A DNA stretch of 55,429 nt, filler included, from Sluysia triapertura (Eukaryota), in NCBI GenBank assembly GCA_046118255.1. It is 3 parts of 3 records of this genome, joined end to end, with 100 filler letters (N's around TTAATTAATTAA, not from the genome) between each part and the next. Parts side by side here need not be neighbours in the genome. Positions count along the whole stretch, not along the records: positions 14,301 to 42,612 come from JBJNIA010000011.1; positions 42,713 to 55,429 come from JBJNIA010087354.1; 1 more part is not named here. One strand, written 5' to 3'. The position numbers were made by a program, and so were the translations under genes. The notes beneath the pieces are model-generated. The model had not been told where the DNA came from and did no database searches. It was given only the letters and a program-made list of their open reading frames with translations. Below, in pieces: positions 39,571-52,211 of the stretch; the first letter of the stretch is position 1; each line of letters opens with the position of its first letter.

Positions 39571-40574
39571 TCATCTATTAATCTTAATTTATTTATTCAA
39601 AAATGAATTGCTAAATATCACAATGTAAAAACTCGTCAGATTGTTTATACACAACCAAATCATATTTGCGTTGAATTTTATCTAATGTCTTTGATTTAGC
39701 TTTACTTGCGACAAAATGAGTAACAACCACGTTAAAATTTTATTGATATATACTTTACATTATCAACCTAAGCAATATTAAAACAAAAAAGATAAATAAT
39801 AATATTAATATTCTTACAAGAAATATTTGATCAGTAAACAATTGAAACAATATATTAAATTTCAACAAATTGTACATTTCAAACATAACTATAAAGTGCA
39901 ATAAACTGAATAAAATAACCAGACATGAATTAGCTGTGCATTTAAAAATTGAATATTAATATACCTTTGAAAATGTGCACTATTACAGAGATTAGCCTTG
40001 CTATACATAAGAATTTATTAATTGTTGACCTCGTCATATGATTTATGCACCATCTGAATTGTTTCATTAATATGATTTATAAATCAAGTATAGCTAAAGA
40101 ACTTGCAAACATTCTCTTAATTCATGTGTTTATGTCTCATTTTGATCTATCACACGATCAATAGCATGATCAAATCCTGTTTCGTAATACAAAATAAGGT
40201 TATCTTTATTTAAAAATAACTCAATAATTAAATTAATACGAAATCTCAATTATCACAATAATTGTCAATTACTCTTTTATAACAATATTCTTTCAAAATA
40301 TAAATCCAACAATTACAGATCACTAAATATATAAATTTAAGGGGTGACACTGCATGATAAATGTTGATGCCCCTATTAAAACTAATAAAGTAAGAATAAC
40401 GTAAGTGACTAACCTTAACAATAAAACTACTATTTCTAAAGTTTAATCAGTTGCTGAAGATAAGTCCTCAAATCACAGTGTTTATCACAAATATTAAAAA
40501 TATTAAATACTAAAGGCAATATTAAATATAATTCTTGTTTGAAATTGAATGGTTATTAAAAAAATGTGGTTTGA

Positions 40575-41420
40575 TTATATATAACAACCTTTCTTAGATT
40601 CTACCAATCGTCCCGTGGCTCCAGCTCCAACTCCAGTTCCGATTTCCGAACTTGCATACATCATGTGCAATCTGTTTTCAACTGCAAGCTCCACTTGTTG
40701 ATTGCGTCTATGCTCACGCCAGATAACAATTAGTCGATAGAGAAGCAAAATGATGACAAGACTGTTTTTCGCAGTAAAAAATAAGTTTGTATAACTGACT
40801 ACGTGATGATAAAGAATGAGGGACAAACGAAATCCGAGGAAAGGCCCATCCTGTAAACAAATAGATATGAGGATCCCGTAAAAGTCGGCAGTGATCCAGG
40901 CAGGAACGAGATTGAAACAGGCCAATTCTCGCCTCCTGCGAGATGACGCTGCACGGTGAAGATTGGACGTCAAATTTGAGGTGAATTTTAAATTCTGAAT
41001 AGCATTTGCCTAATACAGAAGTAAATGTGGAATATGACAATTTACTTGGTATAAGCAATTGATTCCATTTAGAGAAGCTCCAGAAGTTGATTCTCCTCCA
41101 GTTCCGTTACCAACTGGAACTACTCCATAGAGACCGCTTTGATCTTTTCGTGCTCGAGTAGCTGTTAAAACAAATCCAAACTGCAGCAATGACCAGGACC
41201 AGATTCCCAGAATCCAAATGCACAGGTTTCTATTATTTCTCACTTCGTCTTCCTTAAATGCCTCAAAGAACTCAGCAATATCAGCTGCAGTTCCTAGATA
41301 AACAAGAAGAAGTTGAGATAACTGGTCATGCGATAACTTTCCTTTGGGGAGGAACCAGCGGCCCAGAATAAGTAACAGAAGTAAAATTTGTTCTGACAAG
41401 CTAGTATAGGTTTGCATGGC
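40575..41420 (-). CDS. TMEM26: Transmembrane protein 26, 3' exons (5' exons not seen before the contig join)
   Basis: EQxLLxxLILGRWxLPKGxLSHDQLSQLLLVYLGTAADIxEFF, WSWSLLQF, LQDGPFLxxRL and FFTAKNxLVxxLxLYRL. Acceptor TTTCAG at 41421; a phase-0 GT at 41045 with AG at 41010 or 40995 removes the in-frame TAG. Confidence 0.92.
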
Positions 41421-42464
41421 CTGAAATTAAAATGTTGACGTAATTATAAATATTGAAATAGAAGACAATATGAAGTTTCTATCAATGCGTATCTTTATGA
41501 TCCGTGAAATAATGGCACAATTGTAATTATTCGAATAGTTTAGCTAAATGAAACAGATGAAAATCCTTGTTCCTTCAAGTTGTCCGTGCACCTTAGGTTT
41601 TATAATTTAAATAACATAAAAATATTTCCGATTAAATCGTAACAGTCGGCCAATGTTACTTCACATAGTTTTGTATTTTCATAATTGTTAAACGACTTTG
41701 AATTACATTTATACTGCTGTGATTTTTCTATATCTTATTTACAGCAAAATATTTTTATAAACAGGTTACAGTAAACATCTTGTGTCATGTACTGTAGCTT
41801 GAAAAATCTTAAAAATATGAATTTAACTAAATTATCCACGTAAACGAACCTAAATATATTATCAGAGGGTCCTACCTAAACAAAATTCTTTAAAATCGAT
41901 ATGTTTTGCAAAAGTGGCGTGTAAATATAAAAAATTATTTAATTTCGAATAGTGAGAATGAAAGCAAAAACTATAAAGCAATAGAGGACACAATTTTATA
42001 ATTTTATAATCAAAATCCTCGTCGGATCCGGATCTTCAATTATTATGTTTTTGATTTTAAATTAAGATTTTTCCATCAGTAGTATATCAGGGTTAACAAA
42101 AATGATTTAAAATATTTTACGTGTTCTTTTACAATTTTGATTGATTAAATCAAAACAACCTTAACAAAATAACTTACTGATTTCATGGACGTTGAGATGG
42201 TTTTTTCTTGAAAATAAACTTTATCTAAAAAACAGAATTAATCCTTGAGTACTAATAGATTTTTTCTTCGAACAATGAGCGTTTCCTAAAGATAAAATTG
42301 GTCTTCTTCAAAAAATTAAAATTGATTTTTTAAAGTAAAATTGATTTTCTTCAAACATGTTTTCTTCTCCAAGGAGCTGAATCGAAATTGTTTCTAAAAA
42401 CAGTCATCCAGCTACTGATATTTATAGTCATCAGTATCCGATTAGCGGCGCGTAGAATTCTAAT

Positions 42465-42479
42465 GTTCTAGAACATTCT
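42465..42479. promoter_or_regulatory. Heat-shock-element-like triple nGAAn array, about 45 bp upstream of a TATA box (42525)
   Basis: gTTCtaGAAcaTTCt is a perfect nTTCnnGAAnnTTCn. Confidence 0.4.
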
Positions 42480-42577
42480 ATAAACTTCTTTTTCTATTTT
42501 TAGTAAGTGTTGGGGTAAAAGGCCTATAAAGTGCGAAGTAGTATAATTGAATATATTGAAAATGAAATTGTTAGACG

Positions 42578-42612
42578 GGGCTGATAGCTCAGTGGTAGAG
42601 CAGTCGGACTGC
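42578..42612 (+). tRNA. tRNA-like sequence (Cys-GCA-like 5' half), truncated by the contig end; probably part of a repeat rather than a functional tRNA
   Basis: GGGCTGA-TA-GCTC-AGTGGTA-GAGC-A-GTCGGA-CT-GC: acceptor strand, D arm/A box and anticodon arm up to GC, with one extra nucleotide before the loop. Confidence 0.6.
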
Positions 42613-42712
42613 NNNNNNNNNNNNNNNNNNNNNNNNNNNNNNNNNNNNNNNNNNNNTTAATTAATTAANNNNNNNNNNNNNNNNNNNNNNNNNNNNNNNN
42701 NNNNNNNNNNNN
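42613..42712. other. Artificial contig-join spacer
   Basis: N44-TTAATTAATTAA-N44. Confidence 0.97.
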
Positions 42713-44724
42713 TTACTTTGTGTTGAATATATATTTTTGCATTAATACGGGTGCTAAAGTTTAAGTAAGTTGTGTCACCCCTGGTTATAATTTGTTTTTA
42801 AAAAGAGTCGTTCATTTTGATAAAGGATAATTTGTAGCGTCATTTTTATAAAGACAATTCGTATTATTATAATTTTTATAATTTGATTATACTGTTGATA
42901 TTATATCAAATATACTGAGATTTTGAGTTTATTCAATTATTGATTTTTGATTTAATAGTTCGGGAAGGTTAAAGAATATTAAAAGACACAACAATACAAT
43001 CAATAAGTATTTTTGGTAACAACTATTATTCAGTAGATTCGTGGATAATTCATGGTTAACAATCTTTTTTCATGCAGAAGTAATTATCTATTTTAAGTTT
43101 CACATACACCCTCATTTTAATACAATAGGGTTCTTTAAACTACATACTTAAAATCACTTTTATTGATCTTAGACCGTAACTGGTTAGGTTAAAATCCTAA
43201 TCAAAACCTATTTTTTCCATGACTAAGCATTAGACTTAAGTCGTTAAAATCATTATAATTATTATGAAGTTTATTATCATAACATTTTTTCCTACTATAT
43301 ATTTATTTTTTTATTTTATGTATTTAATAAATCCCTTATAGTAGTAAATTTTAAATCTATTATTAAATTATTCATAATCGTAGCCAGACCGTAAAAAGGC
43401 AGACTTAAATTATATCTTTATAACTTTGCACGAATGTAACTTTAATTTTTTTATATAGTGGTTATAGATATTCTAGGAAAAGAATAACATAAATTCACTG
43501 CGTAAACATGTACCTTATAGACAAACGATAAATCTTTTTCTTTTGCAAAAAATCTAATTAGAACGTCTTCATCCGGATATAAAATGTGTCTAATTAGTCG
43601 GACTAACCTTCAGAAACTTATTTATTTTGCTAGTTAGGTTTCTTTTAAGTAAGACCTTAAATATTGAATTTTTAATATTATTTTTCTATTTTTTGACTTA
43701 AATTAATGACTTATTTCGTATATTTCAAAAATTGCATATCTAACATTTAAGATAAAGAATAAAATTTATTGATTTACATATGCAAAACTATTTACGGTGA
43801 CTCACTTTTAAGTTTTAATTTTACTTAAAAATCTTTCTTCCTATTATTTTCGATACGTCTTATTTTTTAGGTACAAAATGCCAGATAATGTATCTTTAAA
43901 ATATTAAAAACATAAAGATGTTTTAATAATTATTTAGAAATATTTTTTAATTTTTGCTTTTTATGTCCTATTTCATAATATTATTTAGAAAATTGAATAG
44001 AAATTTAATTTAAATTATAATATTTAATAAATTTTAATAATTTTTGTTGATCGTTTTTCCTTTATTATTTCGAACTTCTATTCACATAACAAAGGTTTTA
44101 GCTAAAATAAATATTTCAAATATTTTAAAATTATCAATGTATTTTACTTAAAAACTCGTCAAATTTTGAACTTTATAATGATTTATGCTTAAAAAATAGA
44201 ATATGTGAAGTCACTTTAAGAGAAATTATTTCATCTATTGATATTATAATATCGTAAATATGAAAATATATTTTAAATTTTGAAATTTATTCACATTTAA
44301 AAAAATTAAGTAAAATTATCTCACTTGAGTTAGATAGAAATACACAAAAGTATAGTTATGATAATGTATCGTTGAAAATATACGGCGAATGATTATATTT
44401 TTACGCACTATAATATTTTTTTGGATTTCATGATACTGTGTTTTCATTAATAGCAAATTATAAAAATTAAATAAACTTTTTAATATAAATTTTACTTTTA
44501 TTTATGCCTTTTAACGAATGTCCTTGACGAACATAATTTTTTTCCATTTTATATTCTGTTCTTTTAATAGTAAAAGAATTTATTTCTAGTAAAAATATAT
44601 TTACGAAAATATTTGCTTATAAAGTACATATAAATATTCAATATATATTTTTATTTCTTTTTTTGCATTTTAATGCATTTTTATTAAATATTCTATATGT
44701 ATATATATAATATATATTTTATTC

Positions 44725-45552
44725 ATGTCTAAAAAAATCTTGTATCGTGAAAAAGTCGTTGAAATTTTTGATAAATTTTTTACAGTAATTTAAAATGTTC
44801 TGAGATTTATTGTTTCTTAAGGGAATTGATGTTACAGAAGGTAGAGAACAATTCTGGGAGGAATTATTTTTGCTTAAAGTAATAATATATTACCTGAATT
44901 TATATTAAGGTTAATATTACTTCTTTAAATGAAAATTTTAAGTGCTTATCTTTGGAGCAACTTATGTGTCTTAAAGTAATTATGTACTATTTTTATGTAG
45001 TTTTTATAGGCACAATTAAATCGTTTATCTGAAAAATGTATAGAAATTATTGGTAATGACCACTGGTATCGATCTGCGAACGCAGCTATAACTTTGCATT
45101 GCTTTATAAATGGAGTTTTTTCATCTACTACAATGATAGGTTAATACTATAATGAAATTTTTGTAGAAAAAATTACGATAATTATTCTTTTAGGTCAATC
45201 AAAGAATTTAGTGGACGTTTTATTTGGCAAAGAAATTTATGTAGAATTAATAAGAAAATTAATTAAATATTCTCATGTAATAGTCTTTACTAATACTCCT
45301 CTCCGTTTAAAAGCAATTATTTTGAATCTTTTACTTTCTTTAGCAACTGTTAGTCATTAGTTTATTTCATATAATACATCTGATATTTAGGCAACAAATT
45401 TATTATTAGAAAATTTATTAATTGAATTTTTGTTATCGGATGAAATATTAGAAATTGTTATACTCATTATTTCTGATTATTCATATCGAAGTTTATTGGG
45501 AAAAGAAGCACTATTTCTAGTTACTTTACTTATGCAATATAATCGTCCTGAT
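44725..45552 (+). CDS. ARMH3: Armadillo-like helical domain protein 3 (C10orf76/UPF0668), exons 1-6
   Basis: Exons 44725-44784, 44822-44878, 44910-44975, 45010-45139, 45194-45348 and 45391-45552, all GT-AG and phase-consistent. They give MSKKILYREKVVEIFDKFFT/GIDVTEGREQFWEELFLLK/VNITSL...LMCLK/...RSANAAITL.../...LKAIILNLLLSLAT/...LLMQYNRPD, collinear with remembered human KEKVV...FWEELFLMKVN...NALQTL...LKLLLCLVT...LLVNYRKYE. Confidence 0.9.
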
Positions 45553-47199
45553 GTTAGTCGTTTAAATTTTATAAGTTGGCTATATACAAATGATTTTTGG
45601 TGATTTTAATAATATTAAATATAATAATAATATTTAACATATACTATAATTTAATATTGTTAGTTTAGCTTGCGACTATGACTAAATTTTGATATTTATA
45701 AAGTCATTTATTTAATTTATTAGTTAAGTTTATAAGTTAAAGTTTAATACTCGTCTCTGATGGAAAATTTGAAAGTTGTTGAATTTTTAATTTATTAATT
45801 TTAATTTGCAAACTCTCTTTGATTTATGAACTTAAGTTTTATTATAAGAAAAATTTTTATAAGAAATAAAAAGAAACAATAATTTATACACGTACAATTT
45901 ATAAGCACAATTAATATTAACAGAATAAATCCTTTTAAGTTAAATTATACTTTTATAATTAATTTTGCTTGGGATATTGTGAAGTTTATCATTAAAATAT
46001 GTTCAATGTAAGTTATCACCAGATAAATTAAGTCCAGTATAGTGACTAAGTAGATTATAATCAATACAGGCTGTTTCTGGATGAATTGATCAGAGGTAAC
46101 CAAAAGTTCGTCTGTTTAGCAAATCATCTGCGTCATTTTAAATGACACTATTTGTGTTGTGAAAATAATCTGGCCAATAATTAATTTTATAATAATTTTT
46201 TCATTTAATTTCTTTTTAACGGCCAATAGTTATTCCATACAAACATTATAGTATTAATTTTAACAAATAATACATTACAGGTAACTAATAGTAATTCTAT
46301 GTTAGCAATTGTCAGTGTTGTAATAAATATTTACATTGTTATAAGAAACATCTATAATTAATGAATACTTATTGTTAACTTATTCTTACCCAATTGTTAA
46401 CTTACTAACATTTTTATTTTTGTTAATTAAAGCTTTCTCCCTAAAGCCAATTACATGTGGTTGCAAATAATCGACACAATTAGTATGCATGAATAGAATA
46501 AAGTTATAAACTTAGTACAATATCCAAATAAGTCGAATTTTATTTCAAATCAAATTACGGTTATTATTTCTTTTAAATAAAAGAGTTTATATTGTGTGGG
46601 ATTTGAATAGGTCCCCAACGATTTATAAAAGTTTTTAGTTGGGTCTTTCTTTGATATTTGCGTTGAGAATGTGTGAGAGTTAATGAAATGATAGATGGAG
46701 AAGGGACTTATGTATAAATTTTGTATTCTGGGACTTGATATGATATGTTAAGTGGCGTGGATGTTCGCTGAAATTTAAAGTTTCTAAAGGAACCTTTAAA
46801 CTTCTGTACAAAGGATAATTTGGTATTTTGTAGTATTTATACACAACTATGATCACATAGTGACCGGCTAACGAATCTCGGCATATAGGGCTTGTACCGT
46901 GATCTAAGTGTTATTACTAAATTAGCTTATTATTAACTTAATTATCTATTAATTTTTTACTGTATAGCGTACATCGAAATTAACCTAAATTATTATTCTA
47001 ATCGGTTACTAAAAAGAAAACAAAAGAAAAAAAATGTGCATTTACAAATGTTTAGCTACAATACTACATACTTATACTAAACTATTGTGGTGAAGTAAAT
47101 TGTAATAATTTGTTACAGGCCAGCAATAGGATAAACAGCAACTTTATGTAGACTACGAATTGTGTCTAATTCGATAATGCAAAAAGTGGGGGCATTCTT

Positions 47200-47580
47200 T
47201 AATAATTAGGAATGCAATAGATCTTGATCAATTCTTTTGCGCGTTATTTGCTGATATGATATATTCACATTATGTTCTATTATTATTTTGTTTCTCCAAT
47301 TCTCTAATGTAGCTTTGTATCCTTCAGCACCTGTATTCTTAATTCTTTTAATAAATTTCTCGTAAGTTTTATCGAACTTTTCCTCATTGTTTGTTTTTGG
47401 CGTGTAAGCTCTCTTTCGGCTAAAATTCTTAATTGATAAGCATATTAAACTGTCAATGCCCGCAATATCCTTAATAAAAGCTTATTTTAGTCTTTCCCAG
47501 TCATTTTTCTCTGCCCTGTTATATATGAAGCAAATTTTAAACATTTTTCTCTTCGAGTCCATCCTAAGGATTCTGTTTCC
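47200..47580 (-). mobile_element. Possible LINE (APE-region) relic within ARMH3 intron 6
   Basis: Near-open frame FKICFIYNRAEKNDWERLK*...DSLICL...KTNNEEK..YEKFIK.., reminiscent of LINE endonuclease sequence; no intact catalytic motif. Confidence 0.3.
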
Positions 47581-48329
47581 TTATTATATTTAGCAATGAA
47601 AAATCCTGAGAAATTTTCTATTTTTAAATTCTGGTATGAAAGGGTCATTCATAACAGATATAAGTTCCATCATTTGTGCTTGGGTTATTCTAATTTCGTT
47701 CATTATATTCTTATTTATTGTTTTCTTTTTTTTATTATAGTACCTCTTCCAATAAACTGTCTTTATAATACAATAAGTTAATCTATGTATTTATATACTC
47801 AATAATAATATCTATGCTTCCTTATGAAGCTTGCCAAAGTTTAATACTCTAACTTATTTTATGTATCACCGAATATCCTCTCTTTTAAAACTTTCGTCAA
47901 TGACGACTATCTATGTTGAACCTGCGTTTAATAGAATGTCAACTTTTTAATGTTAAAATTTGTTATGAAGATCAGAGTTTACTCGTCTCTGATGTGAGAG
48001 ATAGAAGTGCTAATCTCACACAAATTCCTAATTCAAATTCTCTTCATAATCAATTCTTTTCTACTAAAAGTACTTACTATTGGCCAATTTTCTATACTAT
48101 TAATGCATTAAATGTCTATACCAATTGTCTATTATAATTATTCTATAATAGACTACAATAATAATAGATTGTAATAGTATTATAATAGAATAGTATTTTA
48201 TAATTATTGTAATTAATAACAAATAACATAAATAAGATAGTTTCACAAATATATTCCTATTCTATTCTTTATAATGTATTCGAAATAATCGTTTTCATAT
48301 TATTTATGTCTTTATTTAATTAATTTCAG

Positions 48330-48741
48330 TACAACATATTTCGAAAGAAAATGGCACTAATTGAAGAGCAAATAATATTGAATGTAAATAAATAATATGG
48401 ATTATAAAATTATTTTATTATTTTGCAGGGTATCTCACATTTAATATCACTGATGTACGTAGAATTTATTAGGTTAGTTAAACTGATTATTTGGATATTA
48501 TTGAGAATGATCGATCACAGCAAAACNNNNNNNNNNNNNNNNNNNNNNNNNNNNNNNNNNNNNNNNNNNNNNNNNNNNNNNNNNNNNNNNNNNNNNNNNN
48601 NNNNNNNNNNNNNNNNNNNNNNNNNNNNNNNNNNNNNNNNNNNNNNNNNNNNNNNNNNNNNNNNNNNNNNNNNNNNNNNNNNNNNNNNNNNNNNNNAATG
48701 CAGTTAAACCTTCTGGGGTGTTCTCAGCTTTCACATCTATG
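48330..48741 (+). CDS. ARMH3: ARMH3 exons 7-9 (exon 9 interrupted by the N gap); rest of gene not found
   Basis: 48330-48383 YNIFRKKMALIEEQIILN; 45-nt intron; 48429-48472 GISHLISLMYVEFI; 48697-48741 NAVKPSGVFSAFTSM then GTTAGT. Compare remembered human NPYIVKLSIVDDEATLN/GMGLVIAQALSEYNR/..SGFFSALTNM. Confidence 0.85.
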
Positions 48742-49778
48742 GTTAGTTCGATAAATACTTTCTATATTTATTTAAACATTTATTTAGTTAATATTTATTT
48801 AATTTAATAAATTTATATTAAGAATATATTTTCGGTCGATTGAAATATGTTTATAAAGATTACTTTATGTAGTAACATGTTTATTTATTATATTTAGCTA
48901 AAATATTTCTTAATTTGATTATATTTCCGATAAAAGAAGCGAATGAATCATATTACTATTTATATCTTAGGTTACTAAAACTTAAAAGTTAACCCTGCTC
49001 TACACGTTTATATTCGTAAAAATGTCTCATACGCTCCAAGCGAATATTTTCGTATCATGTTTTAAAATGGTTTCATAATCTGCGAGCGTGTGCTGCCATG
49101 CATATGTGATATTTTGATATATGCGCATAGCGGTCGCAAAATTTCAAAGTGTTTCACATTACATTACGCAGAATGGAATATATGTTAGAAAAGAAATTCT
49201 ATGAATGCAAAGAAATTAAGATGTAAGAAATTCAAGAAAGATATTTAAATAGAAATAATTGAAGAATTTAATTAATTTAATTATTAGTTTTTACGTAATA
49301 ACTAATTAGTTATTAGTATTATTTTACTATGATATTTGTGTGTACTTAAAAATGTAAACAGCCAATAAAAAGACAGTATATGCTGTGTTAGGTGACAATG
49401 AATAAATTATACTGAATCAAGTATTACCAACAGCTAAATTTATTGGATAAATTCAAAAAGAAAATCAAAAAAATTTTATGTGATCGTGCAAAAATATTAA
49501 AAATTCAAGTTTATATTTAATAATTTGACCAATACTTATAAATTAATGCTGTCAGCCTAACTTGATGTTACGAAATATTCGAATTAAGGCATATTTTAAT
49601 TAATAAAAATGAATGAAAATGCAAACATATTGTTCAAAAATTAAATAAACAACCATTTAATTTGATATCTCTTGATTCATTCCAAGTTCTTCTTGATGTG
49701 GAGAATAATTGTCATTGTTATAAACACTAAAGAATAAGTGCTTAATTAATTGTTTTGTTGCTTACTATTCTTTTATTT

Positions 49779-51000
49779 TTAACTCTTTGAGGCATGGGGG
49801 GGGTTTAAAAGTGTCCTTTTAGTTACACTTTTTTAGTTACAAACAATGCACGGTGGGATATTTTCTATACCATCTTGAAAAATTTAAATTCCTACTAGAA
49901 CAGCGATTTAATATTGCACCCACCGTAAATATAAGATAATATGTTTACCAACAGATACCTACAATTAATTTTTCAATTTTTATTTTTATTTTTCATAGTT
50001 TTATATTTGTATTTATTTAAATAACCCATTTTTGTAAAAAAAACATTTAAAAAAAATTCTTGTGCAACATGAGTCTTTATTTTCTAAAATTCCGTGCTTC
50101 AAAGAGTTATAACTTTGATATTTTTTATGCTTATATTACCATTACGCAATTTATTTATATTGCTATTACTCAATTACACTTTAGTAATTTCACACACACA
50201 CACACACACATACAGTAAAGATGCCTCTATAAATCTAGTTTGAGAACTGTTTATTCAGAACACAAAAAGTGTTACACTTCATCTGTATTTCTCACTATAG
50301 ATGAGCAACTATGTAATATTTACGAAATCAAAATTTCGTCCCTTTGCGATTCTACGAATTCATACTTTGTCATTGCCAACATTATACGGGAAAAAGTTTC
50401 CAAGAATTACAACAAAACCAAGATGAAAGTATTATCAGGGATCTTAGTGTTGGACTTTTAGATTATAATCGAATATTTATCAATAAGACTCGTTGAAACT
50501 ATCAGAAAGTCAAGAACATCATTGCTTGTTTTGGTAATGCCAAGAACGTTTTAATAAAATTTTCATTCCATGAAAATAAATTTACTTTTTATAGATAGCA
50601 GATAAGTTTGTTGCTCTACTGCTAGTAAGAATGATAAACCTGAAATTTACGAGTTTTATAATGAAATCGAAAGTTTGACTAGGTACTTTGAACCAACTTG
50701 TACGTTTCTACAACACAAAACTTTCAGATGGCTTCCAAATATTTCTTACAACTTTGGACTTTGGAGTATACAGATTATTTGTATACCTTTCAAACCTGCC
50801 AATAGAAGTAGAAGACTCGTATTGCACCAATGAACAGATTTCTATAGAAATTGCTCCTCCACACCAAAACGTAAAAAACTCTGGTAGATGACCCGTTTGT
50901 TCTAAAAGGACATGAAAACACTATGATTTTGTCAAATATGCGAAAAAACTATGCGTAGTTGAGGATTTTAAAAGCTGCGCCAATAATCGTTTAAAATTAT
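49779..51000 (+). mobile_element. Decayed piggyBac (PGBD-like) transposon
   Basis: CYTSSVFLTIDEQL, YEIKISSLCDSTNSY, KPEIYEFYN and TLNQLVRFYNTK, plus a C-terminal Cys-rich remnant, match YTP...LTVDEQL, KYGIKI..LCD...Y, KPE+I.FYN and DTLDQ. Candidate left end TTAA|CTCTTTGAGGCATGGGG at 49779. Confidence 0.8.
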
Positions 51001-51255
51001 TTTTTAATTGTTTGAAAATGACTTCATTTAATCATTTTTCGACCATTTTTGGAGTTACAATTTATCCAAATTCATCAAATGTTATTATTTTGTAGCTTGG
51101 AATGAATGTTAACTAAGTAATAATAATAATATCAATAATAATAGTAATAATAATAATAATGATCACATTGTATATTTATGAATTTATACTATTTTTAATT
51201 TAATACCTGATTTAAACTTATTTTCGTAGTTTTATCATAAAATAATAATACTAAC

Positions 51256-51768
51256 TTTTGTTTTATTTTGTAATGAAGTTTGACCAATTATATTAAGTAT
51301 AGTCATGTGATGAGAAGATACTTGTTTTTGTCCATTAATACTATTAGATTTTTTTTCAATTCCTAATTGGATATAGTTAAGCAAATCACGTATTAAACTA
51401 AATAAAGAAACTCTGGTCTTTCGTAACAGACTTGCTCCATGTTCAGTATCACCGGATTCTTGATTAAGAGCTTCTTGAATCAATAAAACTGAATCATCAC
51501 AACGATACCATGCAGAAAATAAATGAATAAATCCATAAGAAGCTGATGGACTATTGGTCATTGAGTCACATAAAGGTACAGAGTTTGAAGATTCTGTATA
51601 ATCAGAAGTATTCGTCGAAGAAGTATAACATATAGGTTGATGTTTAACGGTAATTAAAAGAATAAATATTATAACTTTGTGAAATAAGATATTTAATGAA
51701 GCAATATGATGTGAAACTGCATTTGATTGATGAATAGTCTGACAAAGCATTTGTATACGTTCGACCAC
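51256..51768 (-). CDS. Exon of an unidentified multi-exon gene (third visible exon)
   Basis: Acceptor TAACAG at 51769, donor GTTAGT at 51255; 513 nt, phase 0-0; open helical-looking frame. Confidence 0.75.
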
Positions 51769-52211
51769 CTGTTATTAAAACCGTTAATTAAGTGATTATA
51801 TAATTATAATTTTGAATAAATCTAAAACGTCTCAATAATCTCCGTAAAGCATCTTAGTAAACGCAAAATAAATGGAACAAATTACGAATTAGGCGGTATC
51901 ATTGGAAGAACAAAAAAATCTCTAAATTTATTAAAATGAATGCTAAAAAACCAACAAATAAATGGTAAATAAATGTATATGCATGTATAAACTATAAGAT
52001 TAACTAGACAGATTAAACATTTTGAAATTTGCTACAATATCATGACGTGCAAGATGAAATATATTTTAAAATTTCAGTCATTTAATTTCATTGAAAAATT
52101 TTTTAGAACCAGAGTAAGATTTTAAACCTTAAAATCACACAGTTCAATGTCTTTCAATATACATCGTAAATATAATTATAAGAATAATTTGTTTTCATAC
52201 AAAATACTTAC

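Noticed and set aside
48423-48754. ORF-track entries spanning the N gap as standalone genes
   Set aside because: Their length comes from Ns; the real coding parts are ARMH3 exons.
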